A program made the translations under genes and the position numbers. Positions 1-10,169 of a stretch of 64,000 nt of DNA are shown here, piece by piece. The notes below the pieces were generated by a model that worked only from the letters and a program-made list of their open reading frames with translations, searched no databases and was not told the DNA's origin. This DNA comes from Octopus sinensis (taxonomy: Eukaryota). How positions within the stretch are numbered: the stretch's first letter is position 1; every line of letters starts with the position of its first letter. The DNA is taken from NCBI RefSeq assembly GCF_006345805.1, contig NC_042997.1, forward strand, positions 4,402,001 to 4,466,000, written 5' to 3'.

Positions 1-36
<36 letters not shown>

Positions 37-43
<7 letters not shown>

Positions 44-538
44 AAAACTCTAGTTGTGTGAGTGTCTGTCCCCTTCGATTTAGATTCCTAACTCCTCCCA
101 CATTTTGCGGTGCAGTTTAACCAAATTCGGGTATCTTATAGTCGTGATTGATATCGAGCCCGTCTGACTATTAGCGCGCGTCATCAATGAGTCTACGATT
201 TTAAAAATAATTTAACATCATTTTTTATTCCATCTTAATGCATAAAATGCATCGTGTGTCGATGGCGGCGGAGTTGGCGTCCACGCTCACAGCTGCACCT
301 GTTTGCTTCTCCTCCTTCCCTCCCTCGTGAAGCTGTGGGGAAGGGAGTGTAAAGAAATCAACGTCGTAATGCGTTGTGAAGGAGACCAGCGTTCTTTTAG
401 AACAACAACTTCATGGCTTGAATACACCAAAACAAAAATGGCTAAGAAAGCCCGAATTTATAAGGGAAGTAACTCTCTAAAAATGCTTATATAGTTATTT
501 CCCTTACAAACCCGAGCAACGCCGGGCGATACTGCTAG
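37..538 (+). mobile_element. Non-autonomous Helitron-like element, copy 1
   Basis: Ends in hairpin CCCG-AGCAACGC-CGGG (511-526) followed by CTAG (535-538) and T; 5' end merges into a (TA)n tract; homologous to the two following copies. Confidence 0.75.
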
Positions 539-1050
539 TATATATATAAATGTGAAGTTGTGTGAGTGTCTGTCTCCTACGATTTAGATTCCTAACTACT
601 CCCAAATGTTGCGGTGCAGTTTAACCAAATTCGGGTATCTTATAGTCATGATTCATATCGAGCCCGTCTGCGTATTAGCGCGCGTCTACGATGAGTCTAC
701 GATTTTTAAAATAATTTACCGTACTTTTTTTCCATTTTAACGCATATTTTTTCGTGTGTCGATGGCGGCGGAGTTGCAGTCCATGCTTACACCTGCAACT
801 GTGTTGCTTCTCCCCCTGCTTCCCTCCCTCGTGAAGCTGTGGGGAAGGGAGTGTAAGGAAATCAATGTCGTAAAGCGTTGTCAAGGAGACCAGCGTTCTT
901 TTAGAACAACGACTTCATGGCTTGAAGTCGCCAAAACAGAAATCGCTAAAAAAGCTGAACCAGATCCACAAAAATGGCAAAAACCGCCACACAGGGCAGG
1001 TTTCCTGTGCAAACAATTTGCACAACCGAATGTTTTAGTTGTTGCACAAA
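539..1050 (+). mobile_element. Non-autonomous Helitron-like element, copy 2 (3' end missing or interrupted)
   Basis: Repeats the 5' and internal sequence of copy 1 (gaagttgtgtgagtgtctgtc...gatttagattcctaac...ggagaccagcgttcttttagaac), then diverges; no CTAG end before copy 3 begins. Confidence 0.65.
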
Positions 1051-1447
1051 TCTTTATATATAAAAGTGAAGTTGTGTGTCTGCCTCCTACGATTTAGGTT
1101 CCTAACTACTCCCACATTTTGCGGTGCAGTTTAACCAAAACCGGGTATCTTATAGTCGTGATTCATATCGAGCCCTTCTGGGTATTAGCGCGCGTCTACG
1201 ATGAGTCTACAATAAAAAAAAAAAATTACCATCATTTTTTCCATTTTAATGCATTTTGTCGCTATTATATAAGGGAAGTAACTCTCTAAATATGTCTACG
1301 ATGAGTCAACGATTAAAAAAAAATTACCATCATTTTTTATTCCATTTTTAATGCATTTTTTTGCTATTTTTTTTGCTATAACTCTCTAAAAATGCTTATA
1401 TAGTTATTTCCCTTAAAAACCCGAGCAGCGCCGGGCGATGCTGCTAG
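1051..1447 (+). mobile_element. Non-autonomous Helitron-like element, copy 3 (complete termini)
   Basis: A|TCTTTATATATAAAAG at 1050/1051, subterminal hairpin CCCGAGCAGCGCCGGG, CTAG|T at 1444-1448: canonical 5'-TC...CTAG-3' between A and T, no TSD. Confidence 0.8.
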
Positions 1448-1479
<32 letters not shown>

Positions 1480-1945
1480 ATATATATATATCAGAAACTT
1501 AAACTGGGATTGTATCCTACAGAAAATAAAGGAATTGTCGAACGCCGGTGGATTCTCACAAGAGATTAGAAACTGGGGTAATTTCCCCGAGGAGACGGAA
1601 AGATGTGTCCTGCAAATCTTTACAGGTAATCGAACCTTATACCTCTGAAATCCGGCTGAGCATTCAGCCGGAATTTGAGAGGCTGAGGGTCAGTCCTTTA
1701 TCTGTATAAAGGCTTACTCTCTTCCGTCTTGCAAGGTTATTCATCCGATATTTTGAGCTGTTATCACACCCTATATGCGTTAGATAATTCGTTATTGTCT
1801 GTAGAACAGCAATTCACTCGGCACAAAATGTTTTCCTATTCCAAAAGCTATTATTTAACATTATAAGAAGACTTTGTTACTAAACGTTTCAGTGAATCTG
1901 TACCATGATATAATATGCAAGTAAACATAAGTACACATAAAATAT

Positions 1946-2281
1946 CTGGGACACCCTTCGGTCAAGACACTGACCATGGGATTGCACCTAGAAAGTTACC
2001 CTCCTAGTCACAAGTCTGGGCAAGGTGGTTCTATGGAAGACCAGCAGTCGCCCATGCATACCAGCCTCCCCTCTCCACGCCACCAGTGTTATCCAAGGGA
2101 AAGGCAAAGGCCGATACAGCTTGGCACCCGTGACGTCGCAACTCAATTCTACAGCTGAGTGAACTGGAGCAACGTGAAATAAAGTTTCTTGCTCAAGAAC
2201 ACAACACGCAGCCCGGTCCGGGATTCGAGCTCACAACCTCACGATCGTAAACTCGACGCTCTAACCACTGAGCCATGCGCC
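1946..2281 (-). mobile_element. tRNA-derived SINE
   Basis: Minus strand begins GGCGCATGGCTCAGTGGTTAGAGCG (A box) ... GAGCTCGAATCCC (B-box-like), then the core TGTGTTCTTGAGCAAG...CCAGTTCACTCAGCTG shared with the copy at 21975-22290. Confidence 0.8.
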
Positions 2282-2399
2282 TTCACTTCATATAAATATG
2301 TAAATGTAATTAATAAGGTACAGCACAATAAGAATTTTTAATATAAAACAGAAAAATATTAGATACTAGGTTGTTTCACATGAAATGTGGTTTACCCAA

Positions 2400-3260
2400 C
2401 GTTTAGTCTATGTCATATGTTCCATTTTACCAAAATTCATCTTTTGCTATGATAAACTGTCCGAATGCTTCAATTATCATTTTTCTAATTAGGAATGTTT
2501 TATTGCTTATGAAAAGCTGAAAATCACTTCAATAAGTGATGATCAGTAGGAGAAATATCAGGAGAATAGGGAATATGTTGCAGAATCTCATAATTCAGGC
2601 TTTGCAATTTTCGGACCGTAGCTTGAGGAGTGTGAATACGTGAATTACCGTGGAGCAAAAATGAGCCATCTCTACTCACTAGTCTGGGCTGCTTCTTTTT
2701 TTTTTAATTCTCGCGCATACAATAAATTTCCTGGTAATAATATGTTGCTGTTACCGTTTTTCCTTGTTGCAAAAATGAATAATAGCAGCCATCATACAAT
2801 GACCATTAACTTTTTTAGGATATAATGGTAGGTTTGAGTAGTGTTTAGGTGTTCTCTCCTGCATCTTATCACTGTTCTCTTCTCCTGCTGTTGTCAAAGC
2901 GTATCCATATCTCATCACAAGTAATGATTTGTTGCAAAAGTGATCTATTCCAGTCGAGAAAGCAATAAGGAGCACACTTCGTGGTGCCTGATTTCGTTCA
3001 GTTTATGTGGAACAAACCTATACGTTGTCTTGATTTTTCCAATTTTTACAGATGCCCAAAATCAGTTGTGCGAAATATTTGGAGGGAGTTCTAATGAAAG
3101 TTTTCGAACATTTCTTCTCGGATTTTGTTCAATCAAAGCATTTCAAACGTCATGCCGAATAACTAATTTTGGTGTACCCCTTGGTGTGCTTTCAAGTTTA
3201 TCATCTCCTGAACGGGAGCTTTGGAACAATCTTTGATCAGTTCCGATGTCAACAAAACCG
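2400..3260 (-). mobile_element. Degenerate mariner transposase relic
   Basis: Minus-strand translation gives FVPHKL (WVPHEL motif, ~3000-3016) and IITCDEIWI (first catalytic D motif, ~2902-2928); many stops and indels; boundaries approximate. Confidence 0.7.
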
Positions 3261-3319
3261 TACCAAAATCCTCCGCTTGATATTCCGTAGAGCTTCTGCT
3301 GCAGAGTTGTTTGAGTGAC

Positions 3320-3500
3320 AATGCCAAAGTTTGGAAAAAGCTTCTCTGGTTTTTTCCAGATATGTATTACGTCATATCTTTCCCGTTTTCGCTTTAGGTA
3401 ATAAAGCCGTCACTCTTTCAGTTTTTCCTAGTAGCTGATATGTCACACTGTATCGATTTCTTTGTGTAATTTCGTTGGATCACCTCACGTTCCGTAGTCC
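3320..3500 (-). mobile_element. CR1/L2-group LINE 3' fragment
   Basis: Similar at DNA level to 27180-27350 of the long LINE (atgccaaagtttgg...ccagatat...catatctttc). Confidence 0.5.
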
Positions 3501-3559
3501 AGACAGCTGAGAAAAAAGTCCAACATCTCTACCCTCTAGTCTCTCTCACCTCACATATA

Positions 3560-4200
3560 ATTAGCTGGAGTGTGCACATCAACAAAAAAGTCGATGTTGC
3601 CCGCAGAATGTGCTCATGGATCCTCAGAACTTTTCAATCTAGGGATCATGATACCATCATCGTTTTCTCCTCCACGTTCGCTAGACCTGTCCTCGAATAC
3701 TGCTGCCCAATGTGGTACCCCTATAAACAAAAACAAGACATAATGAGGATCGAAACGCCAAAAAGATCAACCACTAAAAAAATAATAAATGCCATGATGC
3801 GACTTGATTATTAGGCTCGACTGAAACATTTGAATCTCTATTCTTTGCAACGCCGCCGTGTGCGATACTATATTTGCACCATGTAGAAACGATTTCACCA
3901 ATAATATCCAAATTATATCGGCTAGGCATCCACGCAACGGGTCCCCTATAAAGGTCGAGTTCACATTACATAAAACCTTTAAGACAAAAAATTCTTCACT
4001 GCAAAGGGTCCTGCCCTTTTCAAAGTTATCCCGAAAGAAATTTAAGTACAAAAAAACCCACAACTTTCAAACGGTAGTTGGACAAATTCCTCTAGGATAT
4101 TCTTGAAAAACACCTACATCTGTATACGTTTCAACCAACGACAACGTTCTGCTTAAGTGCTCTATTAAGTGGTACTTTTCCAGGTATAGCTATTGAGTTA
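3560..4200 (+). mobile_element. CR1/L2-group LINE 3' fragment
   Basis: ORF 3572-3814 RRMCSWILRTFQSRD...RPVLEYCCPMW matches the post-RT region of the 26947-29349 ORF (RRLAGWILRTFRTRE...FDYCSQLW); followed by RLKHLNLYSLQRRR. Confidence 0.7.
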
Positions 4201-4239
4201 GTCATGGCCCGGACTGATAATAGCCAAAACCAATGTGAG

Positions 4240-4283
<44 letters not shown>

Positions 4284-4294
4284 TATATATATAT

Positions 4295-5215
4295 GAAAAA
4301 ACAAGTCAAAAATAGAAAATGCTAAAATAATTTTATAGTGAACATTTCAGTACCGGTTTCGGTCATTTTGAGACCTTTTCAACTGTAACGATTAAATAAT
4401 TAAATTTAGAAAAATTAGAAGAAAAGTTTTTTTAAAAGAATATTTCTAGAGTAGTGTTCAGATTTAAGTGGCATTCTGCCTTTCTCTGACTCCCTTGTTT
4501 GCACTTGTGTGTCGGAGGTCGTTGTGAGTTCTTGGAAGGGTAGTAGAGGAAGAAGGCTGGTGGGGAAGGGGGGATGGGAGAATCTGGGAGTGCCCTGATG
4601 GTCGTATTTTGAATTGTCAGTGGCGGCTGGCAGTCTCAGTTCAATTCAGGAGAATATTTATATTGACAGGCTTGTTTATAGAATTAGCGTAGGTTTATAG
4701 AATTAGCGTAGGTGTTATACTAAAAAACATTAGTGACAAAGTTAAGGGGTAGGGGGTGGAGAAGTAGAAGAAGAAGAAGAAGAAGGAGAAGGAGACGGAG
4801 AAGGAGAAGGAGAAGATGACGATGATGGTGGTGGTGGTGATGATTATGACGACGATGATGATGATAATGATGATGATGAAGAAGAAGAGGAGAAGGAGAA
4901 GATGGTGGTGATGATGGTGGTGATGATGATGACGACGATGATGATGATAATGATGATGATGAAGAAGAAGAGGAAGAAGAAGAAGAAGAAAAAAACAGAG
5001 AAGGGGGAATATGAATGGGTGTAAGTATAGCTATGAAGGGGCTGATTAGTGATGGATTCTATGGAGTGTAATATTTGTGTGTATATATATTTTTTTCTTT
5101 ATTCTAAAGTTGAGGTATATTAATTGTTTGTCGTAGACCCGTTTAGAAGTGGCTTGTATTTTGTAATAAAGAGATTTTCTTTACTTATTCGTTGTCTCGA
5201 GGTTGTATCGTCCCT
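4295..5215 (-). repeat. Inverted copy of the PLE 3' end and 3' UTR (pLTR), left arm
   Basis: Reverse complement of 8323-9240 with only a handful of differences, including the internal GAA/GAT microsatellites and a 20-bp tandem duplication. Confidence 0.95.
4348..4385 (-). ncRNA. Minimal type-I hammerhead ribozyme (U3-A8 core variant), left-arm copy
   Basis: Minus strand: CAG-TTGAAAA-GGTC-TCAAAAT-GACC-GAAA-CCGG-TA-CTG. Confidence 0.65.
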
Positions 5216-5217
5216 GA

Positions 5218-6018
5218 GATAGAAAGTTCGCCTTTTGGAAGATGATCCAAAACAACAACAAAGCGGATATATACGAAAAATGGCTCAACCGGACCCCGTT
5301 AATCCTCCCACGTAAATTCCAGTTCAAAGCTATTACAGAAGGACCTGAAACTCAAAGACACCTCAGGGAGAGAATGGCACTGGAAAAAATGAAAATGGAA
5401 ATAGAACTTCTTAAATTGAGGGCCCAAACGAATGAGGATAAAATAAAATCCACCGATGAAGATATCAACGAAGAAATTCGCAAAATGCCCCAAGGCCCAG
5501 ATCAAGAGAAGTTCTCCAAACTATGGAAAGAGGACTGTGAAAAAGAAGAACTAAAATCTCTCCAACGCTGGGAGAAAAGCGCCACTTGGTTCTCAGACTA
5601 TGAAGCCGTCTTTCAAACAGAGCACGCCTCCAACAACCCTTTCCAGAAAATAAGAAAACCAAAACAACACCCAAACACCGATACACACCTGTCTAAAAAT
5701 CGGAACCTTCACTACTATCAAAAAAAGAATACAGGACCTAACCCTAACTCTGTAAGCAGCCAGCGATACAATATCAGAAATACCGCCACTTCAAGCAGAG
5801 AAAGGATAAATCAACACCCACAGCATAGTCACTGCAACCTCATCCCCACCCAAAGGAGTTACCAACGAAATCTTCGTCCCATTAACCGGTTAAACAACCA
5901 TGCACAACAAACCCACACCACTTGCAATGATTACCAACGAAGGCCTCCTAGAACACCACACCCGAATATGGGATATCGGGATGCTCTCCTCAATACTGCT
6001 CCAAGAACCACACCATAA
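5218..6018 (+). CDS. PLE upstream ORF / N-terminal helical protein, 5'-truncated at the inversion junction
   Basis: Frame is open from the junction (DRKFAFWK-MIQNNNKADIYEKW...PRKF...), charged helical segment then a low-complexity N/P/Q/R tail; supplied ORF 5242-6018. Confidence 0.6.
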   Translation, partial: DRKFAFWKMIQNNNKADIYEKWLNRTPLILPRKFQFKAITEGPETQRHLRERMALEKMKMEIELLKLRAQTNEDKIKSTDEDINEEIRKMPQGPDQEKFSKLWKEDCEKEELKSLQRWEKSATWFSDYEAVFQTEHASNNPFQKIRKPKQHPNTDTHLSKNRNLHYYQKKNTGPNPNSVSSQRYNIRNTATSSRERINQHPQHSHCNLIPTQRSYQRNLRPINRLNNHAQQTHTTCNDYQRRPPRTPHPNMGYRDALLNTAPRTTP

Positions 6019-6264
6019 ATCACAACAGGAGACCCCTAATCAACAAAGAACAACTATATACTAGCTACCGTCCCAACCACCGCATTCATTTTTTAGACCC
6101 AATACGCAAACACAGAGACACAAGATAGCACCAAACAAGCAGGAGGAACCAAAAGTAATAAAAATTATTAATCTAACTCACAAGGAACTAACAGCAAACC
6201 AAATAAACATACTTTCCAAGGACTCAAGTTTACACCCACCCCACAACACCCCAACTACAATGAA

Positions 6265-8418
6265 ATGAAAGAAGACATCGCAGAATTCTGCAGAAAATTA
6301 AGACTTACTGAGGAGCTATACGATAAATACAACGAGGACGAATCGTTAGCCAGAAATAGGAGTAACTACACCCCCTCGAAAGGTAAGAATAAAACACTTG
6401 ATGATTTCTGTGACCACATATCAAATTACCCATATCAACATATGCACAAACAAAAACACAAACCAAACTTCAGCAAAAAAGAATGGGCTGAGTTGAACAA
6501 ATTAAATCTAGATAAAACAATAACAATCAAAGAGACCGATAAAGGGAGTGCTGTTGTCTTAATGGACACGACATTTTACATAACTTTGGTACTTTCTATG
6601 CTGGAAGACACAACATACTATGAAAAGGCACAAAACTACAGTCAACAAAAATTAATGAGGGAACTAAAATATATATTAAACCCATACAAAGCAGGGCTCA
6701 CCGACAAAGAATATGATTATATGACCAATTTCACAAGTAAAACTAGCCAATTCTACGGTATACCTAAGATCCACAAAAGTGAAAAAATAAGCAACGCATG
6801 CAAGATAGCTACAGACAAAATAATTAAAGTCCCTAATCCTAATGACCTCAAATTGAGACCCATAATAGCAGGTCCCGCATGCGAAACCCACCGCCTCAGT
6901 AACTTTTTAGACACCCTGTTAAAACCACTCCTCAAACATGTCAAAAGCTATATAAGGGACGACTTAGATATGCTCAATCACCTACCGAATACTATAACCA
7001 AAAACACCATACTGGTATCCTTCGATGTAGTCAACCTCTACTCCAATATCCCCCACAACCTAGGACTAGAGGCAATCCAATTCTGGCTAGAGAATCACGC
7101 CAACGAACTAACACACCGCATCAAAAAAGAATTTGTGATAGAAGGGGTCAAATTCATCCTGGAAAATAACTTCTTCGCCTTCAATGACAACTTCTACCGA
7201 CAAAAATCGGGGACTGCGATGGGTACACGAATGGCCCCCTCCTTTGCCAACCTAGTCATAGGATACCTAAAGATCAGTCTGTATCGTAAGGTTCTAGAAA
7301 GATATGGCAGCCCTTTCTCCATCTACATAGAAAACAACTGGAAGAGATACCTAGATGACTGTTTCATCCTTTGGCATAAACATATAGAAAAACTCATAGA
7401 ATTCCAGAAAATTTTAAACGGACTGGACGTAAACCTCCAATTCACGATGGAATATAGCCAACAACAACTCCCCTTCCTCGATATCCTCATTAAGAAAGCT
7501 AATAATATAATAGAAACAGACATATACTATAAGCCTACAGACACTAAGCAATATCTTCCATTCAATTCATGCCACCCCAGACACACCAGGATGAATATCC
7601 CCTTCAATCTAGCAAAAAGGATATGCACTATAGTCTCTAACGCAAACACCAGAGATACACGACTACAAGAACTAAAAGATACCCTAATCACCAGGAACTA
7701 TCCACCTTCACTTATTGACAAGTGCATTCAACGTGCCCTTCAACTTAACATCAAGGAACTGAGACATCCCAAATCAAAGAAAAACTTACAACCAAAAGCC
7801 TTACCATACATCTCCACACACAACCCTCTCAATAACGAAGCCTTCGACACAATCCTCCACAACATACCCCTCCTAAAAAAAGACCACAGAATGAACACAA
7901 TCCTCCAAACACACACGATCATAAAAAGCAAAAGACAGCCTAGATCCATGAAAAGTCTCCTTACACAAGCCCGAATTCACTCCTCAACACAGAAGCCGAC
8001 AGTAAAAAAATGTGGAAGACCCAATTGCGGGATATGCGACTATCTAATTGAGGGATCAGAGTTCTCCTTCAAGCAGGGACAACGGTTTACAGTGAAAAGC
8101 AACTTCACATGTGCTTCGGAGAACCTAATATACTCACTAACCTGCTCCGGGTGTCAAGAGCAGTACATAGGCCAAACAAAAAATGGTTTGCGTAAACGAA
8201 TGGCCCTGCACAGATCCAAGATAAAAATTCCCCAAAACAGAAAAATAGCTTTTAGCCAACACATAGATACTTGCGCCAACAAAAAAACACCAAACTTCAG
8301 AATTTTCCCCCTCTACCAATTTAGGGACGATACAACCTCGAGACAACGAATAAGTAAAGAAAATCTCTTTATTACAAAATACAAGCCACTTCTAAACGGG
8401 TCTACGACAAACAATTAA
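6265..8418 (+). CDS. Penelope-like reverse transcriptase / GIY-YIG endonuclease polyprotein
   Basis: TDKGSAVV, FYGIPKIHK, LRPII, SFDVVNLYSNI, GTAMGTRMAPSFANL, RYLDDCF, PFLD, YYKPT...SCHP thumb, CGRPNCGIC linker Zn-finger, LIYSLTCSGCQEQYIGQT...R...HR...E GIY-YIG domain. The N-terminal motif IINLT...ILSK/GLKFTP lies upstream across a frameshift at ~6220. Confidence 0.95.
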   Translation: MKEDIAEFCRKLRLTEELYDKYNEDESLARNRSNYTPSKGKNKTLDDFCDHISNYPYQHMHKQKHKPNFSKKEWAELNKLNLDKTITIKETDKGSAVVLMDTTFYITLVLSMLEDTTYYEKAQNYSQQKLMRELKYILNPYKAGLTDKEYDYMTNFTSKTSQFYGIPKIHKSEKISNACKIATDKIIKVPNPNDLKLRPIIAGPACETHRLSNFLDTLLKPLLKHVKSYIRDDLDMLNHLPNTITKNTILVSFDVVNLYSNIPHNLGLEAIQFWLENHANELTHRIKKEFVIEGVKFILENNFFAFNDNFYRQKSGTAMGTRMAPSFANLVIGYLKISLYRKVLERYGSPFSIYIENNWKRYLDDCFILWHKHIEKLIEFQKILNGLDVNLQFTMEYSQQQLPFLDILIKKANNIIETDIYYKPTDTKQYLPFNSCHPRHTRMNIPFNLAKRICTIVSNANTRDTRLQELKDTLITRNYPPSLIDKCIQRALQLNIKELRHPKSKKNLQPKALPYISTHNPLNNEAFDTILHNIPLLKKDHRMNTILQTHTIIKSKRQPRSMKSLLTQARIHSSTQKPTVKKCGRPNCGICDYLIEGSEFSFKQGQRFTVKSNFTCASENLIYSLTCSGCQEQYIGQTKNGLRKRMALHRSKIKIPQNRKIAFSQHIDTCANKKTPNFRIFPLYQFRDDTTSRQRISKENLFITKYKPLLNGSTTNN

Positions 8419-9149
8419 TATACCTCAACTTTAGAATAAAAGAAAAAAATATATATACACACAAATATTACACTCCATAGAATCCATTACTAATCAGCCC
8501 CTTCATAGCTATACTTACACCCATTCATATTCCCCCTTCTCTGTTTTTTCTTCTTCTTCTTCCTCTTCTTCTTCATCATCATCATTATCATCATCATCGT
8601 CGTCATCATCATCACCACCATCATCACCACCATCTTCTCCTTCTCCTCCTTCTTCTTCATCATCATCATTATCATCATCATCGTCGTCATAATCATCACC
8701 ACCACCACCATCATCGTCATCTTCTCCTTCTCCTTCTCCTTCTCCTTATTCTTCTTCTTCTTCTTCTTCTACTTCTCCACCCCCTACCCCTTAACTTTCT
8801 CACTAATGTTTTTAGTATAACACCTACGCTAATTCTATAAACCTACGCTAATTCTATAAACAAGCCTGTCAATATAAATATTCTCCTGAATTGAACTGAG
8901 ACTGCCAGCCGCCACTGACCATTCAAAATACGACCATCAGGGCACTCCCAGATTCTCCCATCCCCCTTTCCCCACCAGCCTTCTTCCTCTACTACCCTTC
9001 CAAGAACTCACAACGACCTCCGACACACAAGTGCAAACAAGGGAGTCAGAGAAAGGCAGAATGCCACTTAAATCTGAACACTACTATAGAAATATTCTTT
9101 AAAAAAAACTTTTCTTCTAATTTTTCTAAATTTAATTATTTAATCGTTA

Positions 9150-9187
9150 CAGTTGAAAAGGTCACAAAATGACCGAAACCGGTACTG
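9150..9187 (+). ncRNA. Minimal type-I hammerhead ribozyme (U3-A8 core variant) in the PLE 3' pLTR
   Basis: CAG-TTGAAAA-GGTCA-CAAAA-TGACC-GAAA-CCGG-TA-CTG: helix I CAG/CTG, helix II GGTCA/TGACC, palindromic helix III ACCGGT, GUA cleavage triplet. Confidence 0.7.
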
Positions 9188-9274
9188 AAATGTTCACTAT
9201 AAAATTATTTTAGCATTTTCTATTTTTGACTTGTTTTTTCATATATATCAACTCGTGTGTTCCTTTTCACCCTT

Positions 9275-9279
9275 ATACA

Positions 9280-9356
<77 letters not shown>

Positions 9357-9399
9357 GTATATATGTATATATATGTGTGTGTGTGTGTATATATATATA

Positions 9400-9435
<36 letters not shown>

Positions 9436-9448
9436 CATATATATGTGC

Positions 9449-9509
<61 letters not shown>

Positions 9510-9540
9510 TATATATACATACATACATACATAAATACAT
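9275..9540. repeat. Compound (TA)n/(TG)n microsatellite
   Basis: Direct inspection. Confidence 0.95.
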
Positions 9541-10169
9541 ACAAACAGACGTAGAAATAAATAACCTGGAATATGTATGGGATCATTGGTACAGTTATGT
9601 GTATTTGAAAAACAAATGATTTCACAGTTACTTCTAATCAGTTTGATTTATTATTTAAATTTTTTTTAATAATATAAGTTTTAATTCATAGACCTAGTAA
9701 GTTCTTTTTTAACGTATGTGTGACGAATTAAAAAAAAATATTAACTTTTTGGGAGAACATTCTCGCATTCGTTGTCAAGCAGGTCTGAGGATTTTGTGAT
9801 TCCCTATATGGGATTAGGGTACGTTTGGGTTTGGGTTTGTTAATCAGTGTGGGAGCGAAAGACTGTTGTTGAGTGATGGATTAAAGAAAGTAATGAACGG
9901 TAAACAAGATACTTGATTGGGGGCGGAATTCGGAGTTGATGGGTTGTTTTAGAAATTTTTGTGAAACCATTTAAATAGTTGACATTTCATTAGGAATGTA
10001 ATCAACAGATGCTTTTTCAAATTCTTTCTTTTGTCAGTTCTATGTTTTAGATATGTATCTGGAGTGGTAGTGTTAATGAGTAGTAAGATAAATGTATTTT
10101 GATTAAAATTTTTGTTGATAGAAGTTGTTGTTGTTTGGTGTTAGCAAGCAAAAAATATTGACTCACTAT

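Larger units (their letters stand above)
4295..9240 (+). mobile_element. Penelope-like retroelement (Neptune-type), 5'-truncated, with tail-to-tail inverted pLTR
   Basis: PLE RT plus GIY-YIG ORF; 4295-5215 is the reverse complement of 8323-9240; (TA)n tracts at or near both ends. Confidence 0.93.

Noticed and set aside
303-1097. Paralogous short ORFs 303-494 and 756-1097
   Set aside because: Similarity only reflects the duplicated Helitron-like element; non-ATG starts and no domain.
2205-2281. tRNA-like sequence (also ~22210-22290, 23003-23040, ~25240-25320)
   Set aside because: SINE heads with A/B boxes but no complete cloverleaf; they continue into SINE bodies.
9226-9625. Many [12 protein letters not shown] ORFs here and at 14.5-16.4, 24.2, 29.4, 32, 36, 41-45 and 48-50 kb
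   Set aside because: Translations of TA/CA microsatellites, which lack stop codons in most frames.
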